From contig CM059433.1 of NCBI GenBank assembly GCA_030390025.1, forward strand, positions 31,002,001 through 31,066,000: a stretch of 64,000 bases of DNA. The letters are read 5' to 3'. The position numbers and the translations under genes are program-made. Origin of the DNA: Squalus acanthias (Eukaryota). This document shows positions 1 to 11,917 of the stretch, piece by piece. Positions within the stretch are counted from its first letter, which is position 1. Each line of letters starts with the position of its first letter. The notes under the pieces are model-generated. The model was not told the DNA's origin, did no database searches, and saw only the letters and a program-made list of their open reading frames with translations.

Positions 1-339
1 ATAATGAGGCTGAGAATCCCAATTGGTAAAGGAAGATTCAGGTTGAAGCCTTTCAACGGTAAGAGGTCATAGCTGTTGGTTATAGACTAATGCGAATTGT
101 CATCATAGAACTGAAAGAAACAAGACATTATTAGGCCCATGAAAGGACATGGATGAGATCAAGATTTAGTGATTAAACTGTTATACTGTGAGTGGACTGG
201 AGGTTGTTTACACTAAGGGCCTACGATCTGAAGGATATTAATAAAGTTCTCACTGCTTATATTAATGGTGTGAAAGCAATTTGCCCACTATATAAAGTGG
301 ATGGTAAAATGAGTAGTGCTTTTCAAACATTAATCTTTA

Positions 340-880
340 CATAACATTACATCGAATTTGCAGCACAGAAACAGGCCATTCGACCCAATAGCTATGATCT
401 ATGCCAATGTTTATGCTCCAAATGAGCCTCCTCTCACCCGTCTTCATCTAACCCTATCAACATATCCTTCTATTCCTTTCTCCCTTATATGCTTATCTAG
501 CTTCCCCTTAAATGCATCTCTAGGCTCCCCTGAAAGGCATTTATACTATTTGCCTCAACTACTCCATGTGGCAGCGAGTTCCACAATTTAACCATTCTCT
601 GGGTAAAGACGTTTATCCAGAATTGGATTTATTAGTGATATTCATCTTATACTTATGACCCCTAGTTTTGGATTTCCCCACAAGCAGAAACAGCTTCTCT
701 ACATCTACCCTTTCATACCCTTTCATAATCTTAAAGACCTCTATTAGACTCAATCTTTCCTGATAGGTATAAAATCTCAGTTCGGGTATCACCCTTGTAA
801 ATCTTTTTGGCACTTTCTCCAGTGCCTCTACATCTTTTTGTAACACTTGAGCAGAACTGCACACGATACTCCAACTTCTC
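340..880 (-). mobile_element. CR1 LINE 3' fragment
   Basis: ORF 613..1020 contains the CR1 ORF2 C-terminal motifs ALEKV..RFTR..PELR and LIEVFKIMKG..RVDVEKLF, followed by a CR1-type 3' UTR. Confidence 0.85.
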
Positions 881-1429
881 TGCTTTTCAATTCTGATATT
901 AAAAATGCCCCAAGTCCCCAGTGAACAGATGAGTGGGTCATAACCAACACACCTGTGGAAAACACCAGTCTCATTACAACTAAAAAGGTTTTCATAACCT
1001 TTGAGGAGCCCAAGCAACACATTTTCTAACCAGTGCTCTGCGCCTGTGGCAGCGGAGTTAAGCTTTTCTCCGTGTGCACAAAGGAACCCTCTGTTGTGGT
1101 GACACTTCCATCTCTGAGGCCTGCATCAGGCCTGCCAAGTGCCTCCGCCAACTGCTTGCCTTTTTGGGCTGAAAGGGGACCACTGATATGTGCCTCTCTC
1201 CCACGGGCATTCTGAAACCAGGGCAGAAGTGTCTCCTGGCCTTCCCCACCCTTTCCCTCGCACCTCCTCCTCTGCTGTTCACACTATCCCTGTGTAAGTC
1301 GGCGTCAGTAGAGTTAGGTAGACTGAAGTGCTGTGTTAGGTCGCACTGGCTCATAGTCGTCCATCTTGTTTAGGAGGTCAATTTACGTGCTGGAGCTCAT
1401 CGCTTTTCTCTTACCAGCCATGGTTGCTG

Positions 1430-1545
1430 CTGCAGTCATTAGTTTCCTACATTACAACAGTGACTACACTTCAGAAGTACTTTATTGGCTGTAAAGCGCT
1501 TGAAGGTCGTGAAAGGCGCTATATAAATGCAGATTATTTCTTTTT
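1430..1545 (+). mobile_element. DeuSINE-like SINE 3' fragment
   Basis: tttcctacattacaacagtgactacacttc...aggcgctatataaatgca, the same tail as the complete copy at 38560-38980. Confidence 0.7.
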
Positions 1546-1680
1546 TTAGTCAGTGCTGTTAGTTCCAAACTGCAACTTGACACTAATGACAGGGGATTAA
1601 GTAGCCATGGTATTCGCACCTTAATGAGGTGCGAACGGCTGAGTCTGCCTGAAATAGCAGAGTGATCAATATGGTATAAG

Positions 1681-1815
1681 CAGTTCTGACGAAGGGTTTC
1701 GACCTGAAACGTTAACTCTGTTTCTCTCTCCACGGATGTTGCATGGCCTGCTGAGTTTTTCCAGCGTTTTCTGTTGTTGTTTCAATTTTCCAGCATCCGC
1801 AGTATTTTGCTTTGG
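1681..1815 (+). mobile_element. Penelope-like terminal repeat fragment with a minimal hammerhead motif
   Basis: ctgacga..gacctgaaacgttaactctgtttctctctccac.gatg..gc..g.cctgctgagt recurs at 2861, 52430 and 60117. Confidence 0.7.
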
Positions 1816-2199
1816 TATAAGCAGTGCCTTTGTCACTGACATCTATGGGAATGGCAAATGGCTATTGTTAGCTCCCCGTTATAAACGGCTGGCCACAATA
1901 ATCCCGGGCAGTGTAAGTGGCGCTGACGGTAAATGTAGGTTGGGTAGGGTTGAATGATGGGTAGGGTTGAATAATGAGCGGGGAAAACAGTGACATGAAG
2001 AAAGAACAAAGTGAGAGAGAAGAGAAAAGCTCGGAGGTACCCCTGGGTTGGTGGGGGGGCGGGGGAGGGGGGAATAAACACTATGAACTACAGCACAGTC
2101 ATAGCAGTTTGAGAAGAGACTTAAAAACCATGAAGATAGCTTTGCTGAGATACCAGATGGTGATAATTTGTTTAGTAGGAGGCCATGGGTTGATGTAAG

Positions 2200-2540
2200 G
2201 AGGCTGATTGGCGCCATCTAGTACACCCTGCACGCTTGGGTATCGTTTTAGTGTGCTCTGTCAAGCTGATGTGTCCTTTCTACATGGAAAGTGATGCAGG
2301 TCTTGCTCTTTGCAAACATAGCCCCTGTCACTTGGTTGATATAACTATGGACAGCAGACTGGAAGATGGGTCGTATGTCCCCTGCAGTGGCTTGGAAGAG
2401 TCTAGTTGCATTAAAGCTTAATGCAGTGATGACCTTTCTTATGATGCAGAAATGGTGAAAACAGGTAATGTACAGGTAGGACTTAGTGTATAAATGTGTC
2501 TCTGAGGGGAATGATGGGTGTATAGATAACATCAAAGGTG
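2200..2540 (-). pseudogene. Decayed Harbinger/HARBI1-like transposase fragment
   Basis: ORF 2248..2535 reads KVITALSFNATRLFQATAGDI..IFQSAVHSYINQVTGAMF, matching the Harbinger HTH region. It is followed (after a stop) by PSVQGVLDG, similar to the FPxVQGAIDGTH first catalytic Asp motif. Confidence 0.7.
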
Positions 2541-2809
2541 TAATTCTTATCGCCTCATGAATTCATCTTTTTAATTCAAATCATGCATTGCTATTCGAAC
2601 TCCCACAGGTATTCCCATCCTGAGGACATTGTTTCCTCCAGTGAAATTGCAGCTGCACAATTGTAATCATAAAAGGAATGGCATTAAAAGTCTTGCAATG
2701 CAAAAAAATCTGCTCTCTGCTGCAGTAGAAGTTTATTCACAAAACAGATTTACCTAACTGTTCAGTGAAAAGAAATTAAACTTTTCTACCAACATTCAAA
2801 ACTGTTATA

Positions 2810-2968
2810 CAAAAGCAAAATACTGTGGATGCTGGAAATCTGAAATGAAAACAGGTTGACCAGTTCTGATGAAAGGTCACAGACCTGAAAAGTTAACTCT
2901 GTTTCTCTCTCCACAGATGTTGCCTGACCTGCTGAGTATTTCCAGCATTTTCTCTTTTTTATTTCAAA
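2810..2968 (+). mobile_element. Penelope-like repeat with an inverted end piece
   Basis: aaagcaaaatactgtggatgctggaaatctgaaat (inverted) precedes the forward copy cagttctgatgaaaggtc...tttttatttca. Confidence 0.65.
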
Positions 2969-3017
2969 ACTTTAATACAGCTTAAAGAAACCTAGGCCAG
3001 CTCAATACTTGAGCACC

Positions 3018-3260
3018 TCATAGAATTATACAGTACAGAAGGAGGCCATTTGGCCCATCATGCCTGTGCCGGCTCTTTGAAAGAGCTATCCAATTAGTCC
3101 CACTCCCCTCTGCCCTTTCCCCATAACCCTGAAAATGTCTCATTTTCAAGTAATTATCCAATTCCCTTTTAAAAGTTACTATTAAATCTGCTTCCTCCAC
3201 CCGTTAAGGCAGTGAATTCCTCATTACAATAACTTGCTGCATAAAAAAATAATTCTCATC
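3018..3260 (-). mobile_element. CR1 LINE 3' end fragment
   Basis: ORF 3018..3200 TFKRELDNYLK...QGYGE plus 3' UTR. Confidence 0.75.
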
Positions 3261-3387
3261 CCCCCCTCTGGTTCTTTCATAGCCCTGCAAGTGTTGCCTT
3301 GTTCACTTGTTTCATAGGAGTGAACAGCATTGTTGGGGAAGGAGCAAAACACATACTGAAGCTTGCAACGTCCTCCAGGGCAGCCGA

Positions 3388-3725
3388 ACAAAAACTTGCA
3401 TTTGCATAGCGCCTTTAATGTAGTAAAAAGTCCCAAGGCACTTCACAGGAGCGTTATCAAACAGAATTTGAGACTGAGCTACATAAGGAGATATTAGGAC
3501 AGGTGACCAAAAGCTTGGTCAAAGTGGTATGTTTTAAGAGAGAGGGAGAGAGGCGGAGAGGTTCAGGGAGGGAATTCCAAAGCTTAGGGCCTAGGCATCA
3601 GAAGGCACGGCCACCAATGGTGGAACGATGAAAATTGGGGATGCGCTAGAGGCCAGAATTGGAGGAGCGCAGAGATCTCAGAGGGTTGTAGGGCTTGAGG
3701 AGGTTACAGAGATAAGGAAGGGCGA
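3388..3725 (-). mobile_element. L2 LINE 3' fragment
   Basis: acttgcatttgcatagcgcctttaatgtagtaaaa...ggaattccaaagcttagggcctagg. Same family as 8458, 49412 and 56650. Confidence 0.75.
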
Positions 3726-4514
3726 GTTGCTCCTGATCACTTTCCGGTGAGCCCTGTTGGAAGGTGTGTGCGGATGCCGGGTGGAGTTATCACGTGCCCC
3801 TACATTTAGAAGAGCTGCCAAAACTCGCTTTTCAGGCTCACACATGAAGAACTGTAACTTTTGGGGGAAAATTGTGAACGACTTCAAGTTTGTTAAAATC
3901 TATGCTGCCAAACGTCTGATCTTTGCTTTGTTTATAGGCGGTTCTGTATTTTACACCCATAACTGCACAGAGCAGTAATACCAAATCAATTCTTTCGCTC
4001 CATGAACAGAAAAACAGGTTTCGAGATTGATCCTGGCAAAATAGGTTTTCCCTGAGCCAGCAACTTTGACTATTTTCTAACTGAATTTCATTTGCAACCA
4101 ACCTCCCAGCAGTTTCTGTTTAGTAAAAACTATTGATTCGGTTTGAGATTCATAATCCTCTCTCTCTCTCTCTCTCTCTGAGAAGTTTGCAATCATTTAC
4201 TGTAGCCTCGTACAGCTTGCTCAAAGGGCGATTGTTTTGTCAAAAAGTCAAAGGTGGTTTCAATTAAAAATGTTTTGCTATTAATCTGACAGGTAAAGAA
4301 ATGTTTAACTATTCAAGACTCCTAGAAATAACTGCTGTTTTGAATAATTACTACTTCAGATTTGAACTATTATTAGTTCAGTGGCCAAATAGATGCTACA
4401 GTATTTATGCTGGTGGAATTTATTACCTTTTGTCTGGGAGCCGTTCTCATCTTTGCACAGTTTAATTATATAAAACTAAGTGTTAAAACATATAATTACA
4501 ATTATACCACAGCA

Positions 4515-5055
4515 AATGCACAGCTCTGGTTTCCATATTATAAAAGGAATATAGAGGCACTGGAGAAAAAGATTTACAAGGATGGCACCAGAACTGAGAG
4601 ACTGAGAGACAGGAAAGGCTGAACAGGCTGGGACTCTTTTCTCTTGAAAAGGGAAGGCTGAGGGGTGACCTGATAGAAGTCTTTAAGATTATGAAAGGGT
4701 TCAATAGGGTAGACGTAGAGAAGATGTTTGCACTTGTTGGGAAAACCAAAACTAGGGGCTATAAATATAAGATAGTCACGAATAAATCCAATAAGGAATT
4801 CGGGAGAAATTTCTTTACCCAAAGAGTGGTTAGAATGTGGAACTCGCAACCACATGGAGTAGTTGAGGCGAATAGCACAGATGCATTTAAGGGGAAGCTA
4901 GATAAACACATGAGGGAGAAAGGAATAAAAGGATATGCTGATAGGGTGAGATGAAGAGGGATGGGAGGAGGCTCGTGTGCAGCATAAACACCGGCATGGA
5001 CCAGTTGGGCCGAATGGCCTGTTTCTGAGCTGTAATTTCGATATAATTCTATGCA
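4515..5055 (+). mobile_element. CR1 LINE 3' fragment ending about 160 bp from the EYS exon
   Basis: ORF 4691..4954 MKGFNRVDVEKMF...RNFFTQRVVRMWNS...FKGKLDKHM. Confidence 0.88.
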
Positions 5056-5214
5056 GTAATCTCATACTGTATTTGTAGACCAACCCTGCCCACTCTACAC
5101 ACATGCAAACATATGGAATTCTATTTCTGTGAATGTTGCATCCTCAATTGCCATCAACTCAATGCACCTTTCTTGCTATTTAAAATGTTCATGACTCTTG
5201 GGTTTAGTACTTAC

Positions 5215-5336
5215 CGGTAGCCATTTACAAGATCTGCACACGTTGCGTTGTTTTGACAAGGTTCGGATGCACACTCATTGACTCCTCGTTCACAGAAATC
5301 CCCTTCCCAGCCTGGAAGACACACACACTGGTAGCT
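5215..5336 (-). CDS. EYS: EYS coding exon, 122 bp, phase 0-2: SYQCVCLPGWEGDFCERGVNECASEPCQNNATCADLVNGY(R)
   Basis: Not in the ORF track; translated by hand. Acceptor ttttcctcctgcacag|AGC and donor TACCG|gtaagt. Phase 0 matches the 49611 donor and the peptide continues the EYS sequence (HL|SYQCVCL..WEG.FCE). Confidence 0.92.
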
Positions 5337-6290
5337 CTGTGCAGGAGGAAAAGGAATGCATAGATTCTTGGATTAAACTGTTTTGGAAACAGCGATCTCC
5401 CCACTTCCCCTTAGCATAAAACTAATTTTGCGCTTCTGTTTGGAAACTTTTGGATTCAAGGACACATTTAGATGTGTTTCTAGCGAGAGAACAGATTGAG
5501 GAATATGGTGCAAAGGCCAATAAGTGAGGTTAATCATTCAAAGGAAAGCAGAGTTGTTGGGCCTTATTGCCTTCTCCTATTCCTAAAAATTCTCATCTTC
5601 CATGTTCTTGTAAGGAAACATTCACATCATTTATTTCCAGACTCCTGGCAGATTCATTAGAAAAGTGACAAAGACTATCGCCCATTCAAACCCCCAATTC
5701 CTGCAAAGATATGATAACTCTTATTGGAAAGCAATGGCACAAATAAGGACAGAAGTTGGATGGGTAACATCTAGTCTGCCTGATTTTCCTGATTATCATC
5801 CCTATTTGTTTTATCATTCATTTCTCCTTTTCAGGTATATTTTTTATTCCTATGTGTCCTGCTTAGTTTCTTGTGTCTAGTTTCTTGTTTTCCTATTTCT
5901 CCTTTGTTTGCTTTTTTCATGTTCAATTTGCTTCTCCTTCCTCTCTCTCTATGTCTTCCATTCCTCATCCACTTGTATTTTTATCTGCCACTTGCCACAA
6001 ATGGGCATCCACAATATAATTAACACATCTATTAAAACTGACAGCAGCTTTTTGCCTCGGCCGTTTCTGCAAAGCACAACCCAGCAGGGAGGACAAGGCT
6101 TTAATCAGCTCAACTAGGAATAGAAGTGGATAATCGAGGGTGCCTTCAACATCCCAGAGTTCACTGCATTAAAACAGAATACATCAGGGAACAGCCTGGA
6201 TAAAAAATGTCTTGAAAATTAATTGCCAGGTTACACTCAATGGGGGCAATTTTGACTTAGGGCGATAGTGTAAAACGGCTGATATCAGAT

Positions 6291-6635
6291 TACATAGGAT
6301 ATATGGCACAGAAATAGGCCATTCAGCCCAACCAGTCCATGCCAGCGTTTATGCTCCACACGAACCTCCTCCCGTCTTTCCTCATCTAAATCTATCAGCG
6401 TAACCCTCTATTCCCTTCTCCCTCATATGCTTGTCTAGCCTCCCCTTAAATGCATCTATACTATTTGCTTCAACCGCTCCCTGTGGTAGTGAGTTCCACA
6501 TTCTCACCACTCTTTGGGTAAAGAAGTTTCTTCTGAATTCCCTATTGGATTTCTTGGTGACTATCTTATATTGATGGCCTCTAGTTATGCTCTTCCCCAC
6601 AAGTGGAAACATTCTCTCTGTATCCACTCTATCAG
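6291..6635 (-). mobile_element. CR1 LINE 3' fragment inserted in a small MITE-like element that starts near 6242
   Basis: ORF 6382..6627. atcagat flanks both sides (6284-6290 and 6631-6637), a possible TSD. Confidence 0.85.
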
Positions 6636-7071
6636 ATCGAACGCGTGAGAGAATGCGTGCACCAGTTCAACAGAATAAGCAATGTCCCAATCGGATCAGC
6701 CACCCGTTATACATCTCTCCCCATTTTTATTCCATTGAATTAAAAACCAAAATGAGACTGTGTGCCACTGGATAGTATATCACAGTACAACTGGCTGGCA
6801 GTCAGTGTTGGTCTTTTATAATTGCTATGGAAAATCTATTAAACTTGTGTGACATATGAGTGGTAACGATGATAAGGGCCCTCAAGTTAGGCTTCCTGTG
6901 ACAAGCTATGACAGAAGGCCTACTGTGGATATTCAATTGAGTTAGGACCCGATAGTGTTTTGAGTGGGATGTATAGACATACACAGACCCTTAATTCATA
7001 ATTTTTAATTGTGGTATATATTGAAATGCTTTGCCAGGCCAAAAGGTTTTTTTCAAAGTGAAATATAAAGT

Positions 7072-7920
7072 TGTCACTGATAAGGCAACATGGAACTTGC
7101 TTTGATAGACAAGAGAGATAAACAAACCCCTTTAGTTTTACAGACGTCGTGTCTCTGATGACTTTTCAGAGGTTAAAGGGGAGAAGTCAAACCTTTGAAG
7201 TTTTGAAATGCAGAATACGACGTAACCCATGAACCGCAACCAAGTGGTTTTCTGCCACTTTTGTAAACTTTAGGAGTAAATGAACAGTTTTGGGCTGTGA
7301 TAAAGACAACTAATGGATAGCGACACAGGATGTGTTAATGTGAACGTTTGACTGCTCAAACAGCGCAAACCGAACATTAAAGGAACATTTCACTATCTCT
7401 GAATTATTGATTTACTGCAAAAGGCAAGGAAAACTGTATAAAACACAGTGGCTAAAGAATATCAGCACTGCAGTCGGAAGAAGGTGGTTTGGCCAGTCAT
7501 CTCGCCTACGAAAATCGGGCGCTGCAGTCGGAAGGAGGGGCCTGGCCAATCTTTTCGTTTACGAGGACCTACAATCAATGCTGGACCGATCATCGGCGAG
7601 TGGTTGTATGTATGATTTCTTGTAACATTATTGGTGTACTGCTCAAATAGTGGTTGGGGTTTTGAATCTGTCTTAGGAACAATAAAAGGTTAAAGGCAGA
7701 ACCCGTGTGTCTGGTGTAATTTCTCATAAGTCTCAAGTCCGAACTCTATAACCTGTTGGACGGGGCGAGGGGTAATTCCGCACGTCCTACAGATTTCTGG
7801 CAATTTCAGAAGTGTAAACCAGACACAAAAGCCTAGAGGTTCCAATTGGGTTGGTGTGAGAATCGCACCAGTATTGACTTGCAGTGCGCTGGCCTTGTGC
7901 ATACACCCAGGGTCAGTGAC
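7072..7920. mobile_element. Possible solo LTR-like element
   Basis: Inverted termini tgtcactga...tcagtgac, AATAAA at 7681 and a short internal duplication (ctgcagtcggaag twice). No clean TSD. Confidence 0.4.
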
Positions 7921-8457
7921 CTTTGGATAAGTTAGGTAAGCTCCAAGACTAGGAAAGGCCTGTGAGTGGGAGCGCTCCCACTGGTGGGCAGGAAATCATG
8001 TGCTGCTGCACCATTTCAGAGTCCTGAAGCAGCTTAAAGGGGCAGGTATCAGGATTTGCCAAATTTGTAAGACAAAATCATATCTGTAAGCAGTGCAAGA
8101 GGCAAAGTATAGCCTGTTTCTCTCATGGGGCCACAAAAAATTCTCTTGGAGGAAGTGAGGCAGAGGAGGAGGGGGCTCCATTTAACAGATCCCTCTCCTA
8201 AGGCCCCAAGAACCGCTGCCTAGGGGAATGAAAGAACGCATGCACCAGTTCCAACAGAATAAGCAATGTCCCAAGTAACTGAAGCCAATGCAGGAAGGAG
8301 TTTAATAATCTGAGCAGCTCAGCTCAGGTGGAGAAAGTGCTGTTACCTCCAATTAGTTCAGTCTACTAAGCTTGTATGGCACTTACATTACCTTCCTCTC
8401 ATTCTGTCATAAAGTACCTTCAATGCTTACCATGCATATCCTTTATGCAACTACACC

Positions 8458-8960
8458 AACAACTTGCATTTATATAGTGGCTTTAATGTAGTAAAATGCC
8501 CCAAGGCACTTCACAGGAGCGTTTTATAAAACAAAATTTGACACCGAGCCACATATGGAGATACTAGGACAAGTGACCAAAGGCTTGGTCAAAGAGATAG
8601 GTTTTAAGCAGCGTCGTAAAGGAGGAAAGAGAGGTAGAGAGGCGGAGAGGTTTAGGGAGGGAATTCCAGAGCTTAGGGCCTAGGCAGCTGACGGCACGGC
8701 CGCCAATGGAGGAGCAATTAAAATCGGGGATGCGCAAGAAGCCAGAATTGGAGTAGCGCAGAGATCTCGAGAGGTTATAGGCTGGAGGAGGTTAAAGAGC
8801 TAGGGAGGGGGGCGCGGCTAAGGAGGGATTTTAAAGCAAGGATGAGAATTTTTTAATTGAGGCGTTGCCGGAACGGGAGCCAATGTATGTCAGCGAGCAC
8901 AGGGATGATGGGTGGACGGGACTTGGTGCGAGTTAGAATATGGGAAGCAGGGAATGGACA
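8458..8960 (-). mobile_element. L2 LINE 3' fragment
   Basis: aacaacttgcatttatatag tail; body is collinear with 3388-3725 and 56650-57460. Confidence 0.8.
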
Positions 8961-9184
8961 TATGCGGTAAGCACTGAAGGTACTTTATCCCTCCAGACTT
9001 CACCTGAGAGTGTTACTTCACTCACACCTTGACCTGCACTTAGCCCTAAAAAAATCATACCATCTAACATTGTCGTGTGAAGTGTCCACATGTCCACTCG
9101 ACACCTATTAGGACCTGCATGTGTAACCATGTTAATAAGAACATCTTACCTCTTGTACTCTGGTTACAGGAGAAGACCATAATG

Positions 9185-9562
9185 AGGAATGGGACACAAA
9201 AGCAGAGTGCTAATGTTAAATTTGAATAGAACCTTGGTTCGACCACACTTGGAGTATTGTGCGCAGTTCTGGTCTCTGCGCTACAAAAGGAATATTGAAG
9301 CCCTGGAGAAAGTACAGATAATAGTTACAATGATGTTATCAGAATTAAGAGGATGCAACTATCAGGAAAGATTGAGCAGGCTGGGGCTCGTTCCTCTGTG
9401 AAAAGGGAAGGCTAAGAGGAGACCTGATAGAGGTCTTTAAAATTATGAAGGGGTTCGATGGAGAAATTGTTTCCCCTTGTAGGTGAGTCCAGAACAAGGG
9501 AGAATAAATATAAGAAAGCCACTAACTGATCAAATAAAGAATCTAGAAGGAAATTCTTTACA
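9185..9562 (+). mobile_element. CR1 fragment
   Basis: ORF 9189..9401 LVRPHLEYCAQFWS. Confidence 0.85.
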
Positions 9563-9689
9563 CATTGGTACGCATTGCGCTTAAATTTCAGGTGTTAAAC
9601 AGGCACAAAGCACACCAATTTAGCGGTGGGAAGGCTTGCGCCCAATATGCATATTCGTGGGGCACATTTTTTAGACATCCTGGGCGGGA

Positions 9690-10050
9690 CTCAACCACAA
9701 GTAGAAACAGTTTTGCCACGTCCACCCTATCAAACCCCTTTGTGATTTTAGAATCCTCTAACAGGTTTCTGCTTAGTTTTCCCTTTTCCAAAGGTAAAAG
9801 CCCCAGCCTGCTCAAACGTTCCGAATAGTTCCACCCATCTCAATTCTGGTAACATCCTTGTAAATCTTTTCTGCACTTTCTCCAGTGCTTCAATATCCTT
9901 TTTATAGTACGGAGAACCAATTGCACACAGTACTCCAAGTATGGTCTAACCAAGCTTCTATATAAATCTAACATTACCTCTCTGGTTTTGTATTCAATTC
10001 CTCTAGAAATGAACAACAATACTTTGTTTCCGTGTTTTATGGCTTTCTTC
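9690..10050 (-). mobile_element. CR1 fragment, inverted relative to 9185-9562
   Basis: ORF 9840..10085 LYRSLVRPYLEYCVQ. Confidence 0.85.
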
Positions 10051-10648
10051 TGCAACCAGATGTATGGGGAAATCCATTGACACATTATTGCAGCATTTGG
10101 GAAAAAAAGGCTGGATCACAATAATTGCCACAAAGACTCTTGAGCTATGGTTTCCAAGGAATTTTCCTAAGTGTTAACAGCAAAAAAATACCCCAAGAAA
10201 AATGATTAAGAAACGGCTTGAATATTTGACAATATTCTCACTGGGCACTTTAGATGATGCAGCTCAGTCCCTAACAATGCTGGATCCCCATTTTATATAT
10301 GCGTGCAGCTGACTCAGTGTTAGGCATGCATGAATGATTGGAAAATTGTTTAAGATGTCCAAATTATTCCATCAAGACTTAAAATATTCCTATTAAACTC
10401 TGTGCCCATCATTGCCCCCAAACAGAAATGCGTGTGATGCGCAAATGCGGTGGGAATCATACGAACAATGACGGACAGGTAAAGACCCTCTGGTCCAACC
10501 AGCCTGTCCCACACAATTGTGATACCTTGTGTATAATAGTATATATACTCTGCCCCAGCCGAAACCATGTGATCTCCTGGGAGGCGAAAAACCAGATAAA
10601 AAGCCAGGCCAATTTAGGGGGAAAAAAATCTGGGAAATTCCTCTCCGA

Positions 10649-11838
10649 TGTAAGGTTTCCAAAATTTACAGTTCCCCAAAACCTAAGGAAAAAGGACTTT
10701 GGAACTACCTCAGAGTGATAAAAATGCATTTGGGCCTAACCTAAGGAATATAAGACCAAAAACCAAGTTTTGGCATTTTAAAAACATGTCTGGGCCTGTA
10801 AAGGAACAAAGAGGTGGGCTCAACCTCTGTAAAAGCAGTTTTGGGTATTGCAGTTAATTGCAGTTTCTGGGGATGACCTCACTCCAAGCCCCAGCAAGCA
10901 TTAACATTTTGACAATAGACCCTAGGAGAAGACAGTCCCACCCAAAACAACAGGTCCCATCAAAACCGTTTACAGAACCCATTAAAGACATGCATAAAGC
11001 AAATATTCCATAGAAGTCCTAGGCCCAGTCAAGAAACCCAAAACATGAGGACAATTCAAACTCCGATTAAACAACAGATCGACAGGATGGAGCTATCCTG
11101 AAACCACTTCACACATTTACAAACCAGTTACTGTTAACGAGGCCTCAAATCTTAAAATGGGTATAATTAAAGGCCCATTCTCAACAGTTCTCCAGTTACA
11201 ACAGTTCAAGTTCAACAGAAATCAGTTCTGCAGTTTCGAGTTCAATTGAAAGCCTGTTTTCAGCCGAAGTCAGTGCTGGAGTTACAGAGTTCAGGAGAAA
11301 CAAGTTGGGCAGTTAAAGTTACAGTTCTGCAAGAAGGCAATTCCACAGCTCTGAAGAGGACAGTTCAACAAAGAAGGCCAACAGCTCCAGAAGCAGGCCG
11401 ACACGCAAGAAGAAACCAGAGCAACAGTTCCAGTGACCATCAGACACCTCGTGGCAACAAGGGCCTTACGAAACCTTTTACTCAAAAGACTCTAAACCCT
11501 AACTCTCAACTGTCAAGGATTCGTTTGGTGAGCATTATCCCTGGTTCCCTGGAGTCCAACCTAGCTAGTGAAGTGGGATTGGGAGGGGTGAAGTATTCTT
11601 CTAATGTTATTTCCCTCGCTTGTACCGAAGTGTTCCCCACTTTTAGAGTGTTAAGAGTGTTTGTGTTGTGTTTTACTTTCTTGAATAAAGATCAAAGTTC
11701 TTTCATCAAAACCAGTTGTCTGCTGCACCTTTTATCACAACCCCCAAATAAGTCCAGGGTTTAGAACCAAGGGAATGGGAGCGATTCGAACTGCTCAGAA
11801 GTCAGAGGTGAAGCTGACACAAACCACCACCCCCTACA
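10649..11838 (+). mobile_element. Solo LTR (~1.19 kb), copy 1
   Basis: TGTA...TACA termini, 4-bp TSD ccga (10645-10648 and 11839-11842), AATAAA near 11685. Near-identical copy at 27308-28547. Confidence 0.9.
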
Positions 11839-11917
11839 CCGACCCATCTAGGCGATCAAAACTATTCCAATAGAATCCGGCATGATGAATCTCTGCCCCA
11901 GTTCCAAATCAGTGATC

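Noticed and set aside
11246..11764. 172-aa ORF and its counterpart 27978..28469 as a gene
   Set aside because: Both lie within solo LTRs, lack an ATG start, differ at the N-terminus and show no recognisable domain.
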